Shown here one piece after another: positions 28,772-38,231 of a stretch of DNA of 64,000 nucleotides. Made by a program: the position numbers and the translations under genes. The notes beneath the pieces were generated by a model. That model ran no database searches and was not told the origin of the DNA. It saw only the letters and a list, made by a program, of their open reading frames with translations. Each line of letters begins with the position of its first letter. Positions within the stretch are counted from its first letter, which is position 1. Origin of the DNA: an uncultured Verrucomicrobiae bacterium (GTDB lineage Bacteria > Verrucomicrobiota > Verrucomicrobiia > Chthoniobacterales > JAFAMB01); contig CAVXLD010000001.1 in assembly GCA_963762565.1 (NCBI GenBank), forward strand, positions 864,001 to 928,000, given 5' to 3'.

Positions 28772-31711
28772 GTGCCCCTGCAGCCTGACTGGAACCAACT
28801 CGCATCCGAACTCGACGGTGATCTGTACTTCGATGATTTGATGCGGACGCTCTATGCGACCGACGCTTCTGTCTATCGCGAGATACCGCAGGCAGTCGCT
28901 CTTCCAAAGAACGAAACGGACATCTGTAAGCTCGTGCGATTCGCACACAAAAATCGGACTTCATTGATCCCTAGAACCGCAGGCACATCGTTAGCCGGAC
29001 AAGTCGTGGGGCCAGGGATTGTGGTGGACGTGTCCCGGTATCTGAATCGTATCCTGGAGATCGACCCGGACCGGCGCCGGGTTCGGGTACAGCCCGGGGT
29101 TGTTCGTAACGAGCTTAATCTCGCCCTTGCTCCACATAAGCTCTTTTTTGCGCCAGAAACATCGACCCAGAACCGGGCGATGATCGGCGGCATGGTCGGC
29201 AACAATTCTTGTGGCGCCAACTCGGTGATTTACGGGAGCACCCGAGACCACCTTATTTCCGTGCGGGCAGTGATGAGCGACGCTTCTATCGCCGAATTCG
29301 GCCCGTTGTCCCCGGCCGAGCTAGAGGAAAAATGCGTCGGCAATACGCTGGAGGCGGCGGTCTACCGGCATTTGCTCGACTTGCTCGGCAACAAAGAGAA
29401 CCAGGGCGAAATCGCACGCGAATTCCCCAAACCCTCGATTCATCGCCGCAACACCGGCTACGCGCTCGATTCGTTGGCAAAATGTGCTCCGCTTATTCCG
29501 GACGGTCCACCATTCAATCTTTGCCGGCTGTTGGCGGGCTCTGAAGGGACACTCGCTTTTTCAGTAGAGATAACGCTCGCTTGCGACCCATTGCCGCCCC
29601 CGGTGGCCGCGTTGGTCTGTGTCCACTGCCGCACCATCGATGAAGCACTCAGAGCCAACCTGACTGCTCTGAAATTTAAACCGCGTTCCTGCGAGTTGAT
29701 CGACGATCGGATCCTGGAATGTACCAAATTGAACCTGGAACAACGTCAGAATCGATTCTTTGTGCAGGGTGATCCGGGGGCGATTCTGGCGATAGAGCTG
29801 GCGGGTCCGAACAAGGAAACGGTAACCAACATAGTTGCACAAGTAGAATCGGACCTACGCGCTGCCGGTGAGGGTTACTATTATCCTGTAGTTTGGGGCG
29901 CCGACCAAAACCGCGTCTGGAACCTGCGTAAAGCCGCGCTCGGTCTCCTGTCCAACATACCCGGCGACCGTAAACCAGTTGCGGTCATCGAAGACACCGC
30001 GGTTGATCCTGCCGACCTGCCCGGGTTTGTGGCCGATTTTGACAAGCTTTTGGAGCACCATCGTTTGTCCGCAGTTCATTATGGACATGCTGCATCCGGC
30101 GAATTGCACCTGCGTCCAATCTTGAATCTGAAGACCCCGGACGACCGACGCCTGTTCCGCGCCCTGGCAACGGAAGTAGCGCAGTTGGTCAAACAATATC
30201 ACGGGTCATTGAGCGGCGAGCACGGAGATGGCCGGCTCCGGGGTGAGTTCCTTCCATTCATGGTCGGTAAAAGGAATTACGCTCTGATCCGTTCGATTAA
30301 ACAAAGCTGGGATCCAGAGCGAATTTTGAATCCGGGCAAGATTACAGATACGCCGCCGATGGATACCGGACTTCGTTATGAGCCAGGGCAAACCACTCGG
30401 GAACTGCGGACCGTGCTCAACTTCTCAGCTGCCGGCGGCATCCTGCGAGCAGCGGAACAATGTAACGGATCGGGTGATTGCCGGAAAAGTCATCTCATGG
30501 GCGGGACGATGTGCCCGAGCTTCATGGCCACCCGGAACGAACGAGATACCACCCGGGCCCGAGCGAACATTCTGCGCGAGGTTCTTACTCATTCCAACAA
30601 AGCGAACCCGTTCGAAAGCGACGAAGTGGCGGCGGCCATGGATCTCTGTCTTTCCTGCAAGGGATGTAAAGCCGAATGTCCCTCCAACGTGGACGTAGCC
30701 CGGCTCAAGGCGGAATGGTTGCAGCAGGTTTACGACACCAAAGGCGTACCGCTGCGGTCCCGGATTATTGGTAACTTCTCGACTACGATGAAGGTCGCTT
30801 CCGTTGTGCCAGCCATCTATAACTTTCTGGCAGGCAACCCGGTCACGGCCCCATTGATCAAAGAACTGGCTGGGTTTGCTCCAAAACGTTCGTTGCCTGA
30901 ACTTGGTAAGACCACGGTTCGCCGTTGGTTTCAGCAGAACGCTTCTAAGGGCCGTTCTTTTCCAAACGGACGCGTGTATCTGTTTTGCGATGAATTCAGC
31001 AATTTCAACGACGTGGAGCTCGGGATTAAAGCAGTGCAACTACTTAACCGGCTTGGCTACGAGGTGGTGATTCCCGAGCATTTCGATAGTGGACGCGCTC
31101 AAATCTCAAAAGGATTGCTCCGGGAGGCTCAGCGACTAGCAATCCGTAACGTCGAATTGCTAAAGGACGTCGTCACTAGCGAAACCCCGCTAATTGGAAT
31201 CGAACCGTCCGCCATCTTGGGCTTTAGAGACGAAATACCGGACCTGGTATCGAAGGATCTGATTCCATCGGCCGAAGATCTCGCCAAGAACGCATTGTTG
31301 ATCGACGAATTCATCGCGCGCGAAGCCGATCGAGACCGGATTAAAAGCGACGCATTTATCCAGGCGCCACGCCGTATCAAGCTACACGGCCATTGCCATC
31401 AAAAAGCGCTGAGTTCAGTGGCCGCCACTGTTAAATCGTTGAGTTTACCGGCGAATTACCAGGTAGAAGTCATTCCATCAGGCTGTTGTGGTATGGCCGG
31501 TTCTTTCGGATATGAGAAAGAACATTGGACCGTCTCCCAACAGATCGGTGAGCTAGTTTTGTTCCCGGCCGTGCGTTCGACAACCGCAGATACCATTATT
31601 GCGGCACCGGGCACCAGTTGCCGTCATCAGATCAAGGACGCCACCGGTCGCGTAGCGTTACACCCCGCCGAGATCCTGGCCGACGCACTGGTGAAAAACG
31701 AAGAGGTTTAA
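28772..31711 (+). CDS. FAD-binding and Fe-S-binding oxidoreductase (YdiJ/GlcD-GlcF fusion type)
   Basis: YATDASVY, GTSLAGQ, GEHGDG, CNGSGDC, CLSCKGC...CP, GCCGMAGSFG; start approximate. Confidence 0.92.
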   Translation: MPLQPDWNQLASELDGDLYFDDLMRTLYATDASVYREIPQAVALPKNETDICKLVRFAHKNRTSLIPRTAGTSLAGQVVGPGIVVDVSRYLNRILEIDPDRRRVRVQPGVVRNELNLALAPHKLFFAPETSTQNRAMIGGMVGNNSCGANSVIYGSTRDHLISVRAVMSDASIAEFGPLSPAELEEKCVGNTLEAAVYRHLLDLLGNKENQGEIAREFPKPSIHRRNTGYALDSLAKCAPLIPDGPPFNLCRLLAGSEGTLAFSVEITLACDPLPPPVAALVCVHCRTIDEALRANLTALKFKPRSCELIDDRILECTKLNLEQRQNRFFVQGDPGAILAIELAGPNKETVTNIVAQVESDLRAAGEGYYYPVVWGADQNRVWNLRKAALGLLSNIPGDRKPVAVIEDTAVDPADLPGFVADFDKLLEHHRLSAVHYGHAASGELHLRPILNLKTPDDRRLFRALATEVAQLVKQYHGSLSGEHGDGRLRGEFLPFMVGKRNYALIRSIKQSWDPERILNPGKITDTPPMDTGLRYEPGQTTRELRTVLNFSAAGGILRAAEQCNGSGDCRKSHLMGGTMCPSFMATRNERDTTRARANILREVLTHSNKANPFESDEVAAAMDLCLSCKGCKAECPSNVDVARLKAEWLQQVYDTKGVPLRSRIIGNFSTTMKVASVVPAIYNFLAGNPVTAPLIKELAGFAPKRSLPELGKTTVRRWFQQNASKGRSFPNGRVYLFCDEFSNFNDVELGIKAVQLLNRLGYEVVIPEHFDSGRAQISKGLLREAQRLAIRNVELLKDVVTSETPLIGIEPSAILGFRDEIPDLVSKDLIPSAEDLAKNALLIDEFIAREADRDRIKSDAFIQAPRRIKLHGHCHQKALSSVAATVKSLSLPANYQVEVIPSGCCGMAGSFGYEKEHWTVSQQIGELVLFPAVRSTTADTIIAAPGTSCRHQIKDATGRVALHPAEILADALVKNEEV

Positions 31712-31714
31712 TTG

Positions 31715-31847
31715 TCCGCAGATTACGCAGATTTCGTTTAGAGGCCAAGCATCGACAGGGAGACTACGACACGCGCTTCCCGCCGATGCGGCTCCCCTAA
31801 GTCTATCGCGAGATCCGTTGCAAACCGAAATCTGCGTAATCTGCGGA
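31715..31847. repeat. 22-bp terminal inverted repeat element (CGCAGATTA nonamer)
   Basis: tccgcagattacgcagatttcg / cgaaatctgcgtaatctgcgga. Confidence 0.85.
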
Positions 31848-31924
31848 TATTTACCTTCTTCGTTTCCTTCTGCGGAGATCCCCTCTGTTCTTAGCCGCGG
31901 CTTTCGGTTATACCTGAGGTCTCT

Positions 31925-32542
31925 ATGTCTGGGAACCCGTTAGTCGCCCATTCCATGCCGGAGCATCAGCGGAAAGGACTGGCATGGTTCGTTGCCGGGG
32001 CGTGCCAACTTTGGATCTGGCTCAATGCCTTGGGCGCACTCGCTTTCCGGTTCTGGGTTGTTGATCGGTTCAACTACACCACGTTCGTGGAAGAAAAGCT
32101 TTGGCCCAGTCTATTTCTACTTGAGAGCCTGATGCAACTCTGCCTGGTGATCGTGGTTTGCATTGGATTAGTGACGATCCCGCGCGACAGAAAATTCTGG
32201 GTTTTCTTGGCTGCCCTAGTTTTTAGCGTCTTCGTCTACGGCGTTATCGTGGCTGCGTGGACGCTCGTGATCGTGCCGGAAGAATATCGGCTCGCGGCTA
32301 CATTCGGTCTGTACGGAGCTTGTCTAACGATCCCGGCGGTCGCATTTGCTGTGTACTGCGCTGTGGTCACTCCCAGCACCGTATCACTTTTGATTTACGC
32401 AGTAACCGTCACCATCGCCCTGAAGTGCGCTGCGATCATTCTAATAACGATCCCTTCACTGGCGTTTATCTCGTACGTTGTGATGATTCTCATCGCCATC
32501 ACATCTGTCGTTCTTCCTCTGAGGTTCGGCTTCGCTAGATAA
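31925..32542 (+). CDS. Hypothetical integral membrane protein
   Basis: About six hydrophobic helices. Confidence 0.7.
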   Translation: MSGNPLVAHSMPEHQRKGLAWFVAGACQLWIWLNALGALAFRFWVVDRFNYTTFVEEKLWPSLFLLESLMQLCLVIVVCIGLVTIPRDRKFWVFLAALVFSVFVYGVIVAAWTLVIVPEEYRLAATFGLYGACLTIPAVAFAVYCAVVTPSTVSLLIYAVTVTIALKCAAIILITIPSLAFISYVVMILIAITSVVLPLRFGFAR

Positions 32543-32609
32543 TTCACAACAAGATCGCTAGGTTCAGGAGCCTTGGCGACGTCTGTTGCGGCTATTCTTG
32601 TCTTCGTTA

Positions 32610-32776
32610 ATGGCTCAGACCGAGACAACAACATTGTACCGGCCAGTGGGACCGAAGAGCTTGAGCTGATCAAGCGTGCGGATTGGAATACTTTCCCACA
32701 GCGCTTACTCGAGCAGCCTATTTTCTATCCGGCGCCGAGTATCGATGAATACATCGAAATTTATACAAGGAAGTGA
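32610..32776 (+). pseudogene. Frameshifted, truncated remnant of a small conserved protein (LYRPVGPxELEL...FP.RL.EQPIFYP)
   Basis: ATG 32610 MAQTETTTLYRPVGP, then a 1-nt gap, then ELELIKRADWNTFPQRLLEQPIFYP; family recognised from memory. Confidence 0.6.
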
Positions 32777-32803
32777 GCCGAAATTCTAGGGGACGATCGG
32801 ACG

Positions 32804-33016
32804 TCACGCGAGCGCGTGTTTTGGCTCGGGCAACGGGATTCCATCCTGTTTGCTGAGCCTAACCCACTCATCCACCACTTGGCGTAGGTGCCGAAACACT
32901 TCCTCAGGATCATCCCCATGAACCCCACCTCCCATGAGTTCCGGGCATTGGCCGATATAGCATTGATCTTCGTCGGACCAGTAGACCAAGTGCTCGTATC
33001 TATCGCCTTCTCTCAT
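32804..33016 (-). CDS. hicB: HicB-like antitoxin (70 aa, no C-terminal DNA-binding domain)
   Basis: VYWSDEDQCYIGQCPEL..G..HGD.PEE....L...PLPEP; ATGA overlap with hicA. Confidence 0.85.
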   Translation of the reverse strand: MREGDRYEHLVYWSDEDQCYIGQCPELMGGGVHGDDPEEVFRHLRQVVDEWVRLSKQDGIPLPEPKHALA

Positions 33017-33201
33017 TCTGACAACTTTCTTCGCAGCTCTTTTTCTTGGTAAGGTTTGGCATCGTCGCCTTCCTTTCCCGATATCGTTATTCTCTTCGTT
33101 CCATCCGGACTTGTAAAGTTGCGATGCGATCCCTTGCCACCACGATTGATCCACCCGGCTCTTTCCAAGTCCCTGATTAATTCGCGGACCTTGCGTGGCA
33201 T
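33013..33201 (-). CDS. hicA: HicA mRNA interferase toxin
   Basis: MPRKVRELIRDLERAGW...GKGSHRNF. Confidence 0.9.
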   Translation of the reverse strand: MPRKVRELIRDLERAGWINRGGKGSHRNFTSPDGTKRITISGKEGDDAKPYQEKELRRKLSE

Positions 33202-33285
33202 GCTCGTTGATTCTTCCTCAAGTAGGTCCAGGCCTGCAATAGGTTTTCTCCAGTCCAAAATTTGCTAAATTCGACCTCGCCCAAT

Positions 33286-33750
33286 ATGCCCAAGATCAGC
33301 GCTGGCCTGTTGATGTATCGTGGCGAACTCGCTTGCCGGGAAGTCTTGCTCGGTCATCCCGGGGGTCCTTTCTGGAGGAACAAAGATGATGGTGCTTGGA
33401 CGATACCCAAAGGCGAAGTGGAAACGGGAGAAGAATTGTTAGCGGCTGCTATCCGTGAATTCAACGAAGAGACCGGTCTAACGCCCATCGGGCCTTTTCT
33501 TGCATTGGGACAAGTCAAACATAAGTCCGGCAAAGTTGTTCACGCCTGGGCTTTCCGAGGCGACTGCAAACCGACCCAAATCAAAAGTAATACCTTCGAG
33601 ATCGAATGGCCGCCAAAGTCAGGTCATAGACAAGAATTCCCAGAGATCGACCGCGCCGATTTCTTCGATCTCTTTACCGCGCGAGGAAAGATCCTTGCAG
33701 CAGAACAACCCCTTCTGGACCGCTTGGCGGTCTTGATTGGTGAGAAATGA
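33286..33750 (+). CDS. NUDIX hydrolase
   Basis: HPGGPFW..KD.GAW.IPKGE....E..L.AA.REF.EETG. Confidence 0.92.
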   Translation: MPKISAGLLMYRGELACREVLLGHPGGPFWRNKDDGAWTIPKGEVETGEELLAAAIREFNEETGLTPIGPFLALGQVKHKSGKVVHAWAFRGDCKPTQIKSNTFEIEWPPKSGHRQEFPEIDRADFFDLFTARGKILAAEQPLLDRLAVLIGEK

Positions 33751-33852
33751 TCGGTGCAAGCGATCCTCGAATTACCCAACTCTAGCCATTGGGCCGACAC
33801 ACCCGCGACACAATTGACCGATGTCATGCGTCGCCCTATAGGAAACAATCGC

Positions 33853-33912
33853 CACCAATCACCAATCACCTCTCACCAATCACCTTTCACCTTTCACCAA
33901 TCACCTCTCACC
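33853..33912. repeat. Heptamer tandem repeat (CAATCAC/CTTTCAC)
   Basis: caccaatcaccaatcacctctcaccaatcacctttcacctttcaccaatcacctctcac. Confidence 0.85.
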
Positions 33913-33916
33913 AAGA

Positions 33917-34522
33917 ATGAACACCTGGCTAAACTTCGCCCTAGTCGCACTGGTGGTCTCGCTAGTCCCCGGCCCTGCCTTTATCGTCGTACTGACCACT
34001 GCTCTACGCCGCGGGTTTAAGCCCGGGGCTTATGCGACAGCAGGAATTGTAGTTGGGGACGCAGTTTACTTTTTTATGACTGCAGTTGGGCTCGGCTCAG
34101 TTTTGGCGACATCATTCTGGACCTTTACGATCGTTAAATGGCTTGGGATCACTTATCTCGCCTATCTAGGCTTACGTTCGCTGTTTTTTCCTAGCAACAA
34201 TTTGATCGCTGCGGACGGACGTTCTGTCTCGAGACGATCTTCATTCTCCACCGCATTAACCGTTCAATTAGCAAATCCGAAACTTATCCTCTTCCTGGCG
34301 GCTCTGGTGCCACAGTTTCTGGACCCTACCCATCCCATACCACCACAGCTCGCTGTTTTGGGTGGGATCTTCATGTTGTCCGACACAATCATCTACTTGC
34401 TGCTGTCGATGCTGGCGGCACGCGCCCGGCCATTGTTAGCCAGTCCGCGAGCAACGCGAATTGTGAGTCGGGTCAGTGGAGTGGCGATGTTAGGTGCAGC
34501 CGCCCGAGTGGCGACGAAGTAG
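33917..34522 (+). CDS. LysE/RhtB family translocator
   Basis: PGPAFI, KWLG..YL.YLG, LANPKL.LF. Confidence 0.9.
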   Translation: MNTWLNFALVALVVSLVPGPAFIVVLTTALRRGFKPGAYATAGIVVGDAVYFFMTAVGLGSVLATSFWTFTIVKWLGITYLAYLGLRSLFFPSNNLIAADGRSVSRRSSFSTALTVQLANPKLILFLAALVPQFLDPTHPIPPQLAVLGGIFMLSDTIIYLLLSMLAARARPLLASPRATRIVSRVSGVAMLGAAARVATK

Positions 34523-34569
34523 GAACAGCCGCAAAAGAGTTGGTAGGGCGAGGCTTCCGAAGGGCCTGA

Positions 34570-34815
34570 AGGAGCTAGGAGCTAGAATCTAGGACCTAGG
34601 AGGCGCGCTGCAGCTCGGTGACAGTCGTCCTCGTCCTCGTCGTCGTCCTCGTCCTCGGAAAGCGAATTCTTCCCGCGATGGCGTAGAAACCCAAGATTCT
34701 CGACTAAAGACCGGGATCCACTCAGCGGCCGATGCAACTCGGCCGAGCTAACCCGCTATTTTCGAGGACGAGAACGACGAGAGGACGAGAAGATACGAGC
34801 CGCGACACCCTCCTC
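34570..34815. repeat. Family D composite inverted element
   Basis: ggagctaggagctagaatctagg...tcgtcctcgtcctcg ... tcgaggacgagaacgacgag. Confidence 0.8.
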
Positions 34816-35590
34816 TCCTCTCCTTCCTTCGCTCCCCTCCTTTTTCCTCTCTCACCCCCCTGGCGATCCGAGCAAGATCGGCGAGAAGCTGCTGCCGTGA
34901 CTTTTGCTCAAGGGCCCGTACGGGAGAAAATGTTGAATACAGAGCGACTAGACTGGCGGTATCACAGGTGAGACTCGAGCGCCATATATCGACCTCTGCG
35001 TCCTGGAAGCCGTTAGCCGTCAGATCTTCAAGACGTCTGTCGCGGTCGAGCGCAAAGGGAATGCGTTTTTGGCCGCTCCATGCCGGGCTGTCAGCGGTAC
35101 CCACAAACAAGTGATCGGTCGCGCGATGAAAATCATCGGGTTCCTCCGACCCGAAATGGTTCCACCACATTGCCCACCAACCACCGGGCTTCAACGATCG
35201 GTAGACCTTTGCCAATGCAGAAGCTTGCTCCAGCCAATGAAACGAGGTCGCAGAAACTCCTAGATCAAAAACTGCTTCCGGGAGAGCCGCCTCTTCAAAC
35301 GACGTTTGATCGATTTCGAGGCTAGCGGTTCCGATAGTCTCCTGGAGAAACGTTACTAGGCGTGGATCCGGCTCAATCGCCCGCAGACGCGACACGCCAA
35401 GGCTAAGTAGCCGCCGGGTGGCCAACCCTGTCCCCGGACCAATTTCGAAAAGAGAGCTTCCCGGGCGCAAGCCGCATCGAGTTTTCAATCGATCGTACAG
35501 GACATCCGGATACTCCGGGCGAGCCGCAGCATAGACCTTTGGGTCATGCCCGAAAAGACGGCGACCCTCATTCAGGGGAATCGTCTGCAT
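34748..35590 (-). CDS. Class I SAM-dependent methyltransferase; 3' end runs into a repeat
   Basis: ARPEYP, FEIGPGTGLAT, SATSFHWL. Confidence 0.8.
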   Translation of the reverse strand: MQTIPLNEGRRLFGHDPKVYAAARPEYPDVLYDRLKTRCGLRPGSSLFEIGPGTGLATRRLLSLGVSRLRAIEPDPRLVTFLQETIGTASLEIDQTSFEEAALPEAVFDLGVSATSFHWLEQASALAKVYRSLKPGGWWAMWWNHFGSEEPDDFHRATDHLFVGTADSPAWSGQKRIPFALDRDRRLEDLTANGFQDAEVDIWRSSLTCDTASLVALYSTFSPVRALEQKSRQQLLADLARIARGVREEKGGERRKERRGGCRGSYLLVLSSFSSSKIAG

Positions 35591-35605
35591 CAGCTAAAAT
35601 ACAGG

Positions 35606-35802
35606 AATAGCCGCAAAAGGGCAAAACGCAAGAATAAGATCGGACGGATCTTCCCAGAAGCCCAGAAAGATCACGAAGAGGGATGTCGGGAGGAGGTCTA
35701 CGAAAAATAAAAGAAATCGCTTTGGACCTACGCGTTCTTCTGTGGATGAACCGCGTCCTGCAAGCTTCCTTTTTGCGCCTTTTGTGCCTTTTTGCGGCTA
35801 TT
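35606..35802. repeat. AATAGCCGCAAAA inverted element
   Basis: aatagccgcaaaag ... ttttgcggctatt. Confidence 0.75.
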
Positions 35803-36851
35803 TATTCCTTTCTGTCGCCCGGCTTAAGCACGACCTTGACCCCTTGCTTGTTTTTCACGACGTCGAGCGCCTGATCCCATTGCGCGATCGAAAAACGATG
35901 GGTGATCAACCGTTGAGCATTTATTTTTCTTTCGGAGAGTAATTTCAGCGCTCTGGTCCAGGCTGTGGTGACACTGGCGTTGGTACCGGTAACGACCAGC
36001 TCTTTATAACAGATGGCGTCTTGATCGAGCAGTATCGGTTTACCGTATAAACCCATCTGACAAAAGCGTCCTCCTCGGCGGGCCACGTCGAGCAAGGTCT
36101 TGGCAGCAGGGGCCGCGCCGGAACATTCGATCACCAAATCGGCGCCATCCGTTTTGAATGCATCTGTCACCGATTCAATTACATTCTCAACTTCTTGAGC
36201 ATTGATGGTGTGATCAGCTCCGAGCTCTTTGGCTAAGGCAAGCCGCTCCAGATCTTGGGTTGTGCCAATCATGGCGACAGTAGCCCCCGCCACTTTTGCC
36301 AGCTGCAACGCTAGCAAGCCAATCGGGCCGGGACCGGTAATCGCAACATTATCTCCGGCTCGAACCCCAGCGGTCTCCAGAACCCCATGGACGGTGCATG
36401 CTAGCGGTTCCGTCAACGCTGCGCTTTCGAGATCGAGTTGGTCGGGAACTCGATGAAGGTTCGCTGCCGGAGTCAGCAAATAACGGGTAAAAGCGCCGTC
36501 TTGTTTCGAACCGATAGAACGCCGTCGAGGACACAGATTGGGTCTCCCCTGCCGGCAGGGCGCGCATTCGCCACAGGTGTAAAAATAAGTTTCCGTTGTA
36601 ACCCGATCGCCGACTGACCACCCTGTGACCTGTGGCCCAAGCTCGACAATAGTACCCGCGGTTTCATGGCCGATCGTGACCGGAGGATTGGTCTCGAATT
36701 CGTCCAGATAAATGTGGAGATCGGTCCCGCAAATCCCAGCCGAATCAACCTCGAGCACGATCTGACCAGATCGAGCCCGCGGCTCCAGGATATCCTGTAC
36801 TTCGATATTCCCGACTCCGCGCGCAGTTTTACGTACCGCTTGCATAGCCAT
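35802..36851 (-). CDS. Zn-dependent alcohol/polyol dehydrogenase
   Basis: GICGTDLH, GHE, CGECAPC...C, GPGPIGL. Confidence 0.93.
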   Translation of the reverse strand: MAMQAVRKTARGVGNIEVQDILEPRARSGQIVLEVDSAGICGTDLHIYLDEFETNPPVTIGHETAGTIVELGPQVTGWSVGDRVTTETYFYTCGECAPCRQGRPNLCPRRRSIGSKQDGAFTRYLLTPAANLHRVPDQLDLESAALTEPLACTVHGVLETAGVRAGDNVAITGPGPIGLLALQLAKVAGATVAMIGTTQDLERLALAKELGADHTINAQEVENVIESVTDAFKTDGADLVIECSGAAPAAKTLLDVARRGGRFCQMGLYGKPILLDQDAICYKELVVTGTNASVTTAWTRALKLLSERKINAQRLITHRFSIAQWDQALDVVKNKQGVKVVLKPGDRKE

Positions 36852-36865
36852 TTACTAAAGCAGAA

Positions 36866-37063
36866 GGAATAGCCGCAGGCGAAAAGCGCGAAAAAAAGGA
36901 GGCGCTGGAACAAAGGATGTCAATGGGTTATTCCCGGGAGCCGCTTGTCTACCCCGAATGCTTTCGGAGGCAGCCTGATTGCAGAACTGCCAACCTATAA
37001 AGCGGCTCCCCTCCAGGCCCATTCTTTCTTTTGCGCTTTTTGTGCCTTTTTTGCGGCTATTCC
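36866..37063. repeat. AATAGCCGC inverted element enclosing a family A half element (36931-37017)
   Basis: ggaatagccgca ... [ttcccgggagccgc...aaagcggctcccctccagg] ... tgcggctattcc. Confidence 0.8.
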
Positions 37064-37085
37064 CGTTTGAAGCGACGAGACTAAC

Positions 37086-37898
37086 TTATTTGCCGCCGTC
37101 GGTTTTATCCGTGTCAGATTTCTGTTCGTCGGCTGGACTCGCGGAGGGACTAGCACTGGGACTTGGGCTTTCAGTTCCGGATTTCAGTTCTCCGGATTTC
37201 TGCTCCTCAGACTTCGGCGCCGCTGGTGAGAATTGAGGAAGCGCTGGTTTCATTTGAGGAACCGCAGGCCGCTCGAACTTTTTGTAATCGGTCGGCAACT
37301 CGAACACGGATGCATCCGGCGGTCCTAACTTAATATTCTTCCATTCAGCCGTGGTCATTGCGTCATCCGACTTAACCAACATATGGGTGTTTTGGCCGAC
37401 CCAGATAAAACCGGTCACATTGCGTCTGGGCGGCAACATCTGCTTATTCTGCGCCAGCATTTTCTTTGGATCGGAAGCGAAGTGGTACTTGTCACAAAGC
37501 TCTCCGTTAACCTCCTCGGTACCCACCTTTTCGTGGACAATTCCGAGCCTCTTAGCCCAATCTCCCGTCGACTCCAGCAGCTTAGGATCCAAAGCCGCTT
37601 CCATGTATGTCTTGGTGCCGGGGTTCAAAATGTACCGCTTACCGAGGTCGCCTCGAATGATAACGGTACCGCCGCCATTGGACACCTGGTCGGTCCGGCG
37701 CTTATTCCCGTCGACATAGACTCGCATGTTCACTGGCGGCGCTGTTTTCTCTCCCATTTTTCGGTTAACAACCAAATCCGCGCTGTATTGGGTTGGCGCA
37801 TTTGCCAGGGGGTTATCGCTCGTCTCTTCGGCCGGCGCATTAAACGCGGGGAGGATGGAAACCAGGGTAAAAAAGCCCGCGGAGATTAGTCTCTTCAT
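37086..37898 (-). CDS. Secreted protein, DUF4412-like
   Basis: Signal peptide; KVGTEEVNGELCDKY, PDASVFELP.DYK. Confidence 0.7.
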   Translation of the reverse strand: MKRLISAGFFTLVSILPAFNAPAEETSDNPLANAPTQYSADLVVNRKMGEKTAPPVNMRVYVDGNKRRTDQVSNGGGTVIIRGDLGKRYILNPGTKTYMEAALDPKLLESTGDWAKRLGIVHEKVGTEEVNGELCDKYHFASDPKKMLAQNKQMLPPRRNVTGFIWVGQNTHMLVKSDDAMTTAEWKNIKLGPPDASVFELPTDYKKFERPAVPQMKPALPQFSPAAPKSEEQKSGELKSGTESPSPSASPSASPADEQKSDTDKTDGGK

Positions 37899-37985
37899 GG
37901 TTCGCTCTTACAGTCTTCCAGGCATTTCGGCTAGAACCAAAAATGGAAGATTTTTTGTCCCACCAGTCGCGCCAGGCGCACCGGG

Positions 37986-38215
37986 CGCTTCGTTCTTGTC
38001 CTCGAAGGCGGCCACGCGGAGTGATGGAGTGTGGGAGTGTTGGAGCATTGCAGTAGTGCGTTTTGTCTGGGATTGCACCATTTTCTGGATGTCTGGCCGG
38101 ATGCTAGCACCATCAGCATCTGCAAAGCGTTGAGGCGAGTGCAAATCGACGGATGGGGCACCACTCCACCACTCCATCACTCCGCGCGGCCGGATTCGAG
38201 GACGAGAACGAAGCG
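37986..38215. repeat. Family E inverted element (TCCTCGAA box plus ACTCCATC octamers)
   Basis: cgcttcgttcttgtcctcgaa..cgcggagtgatggagt / actccatcactccgcg..ttcgaggacgagaacgaagcg; half copy at 40235-40326. Confidence 0.8.
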
Positions 38216-38231
38216 TCTGGTGGGGAAAGCC

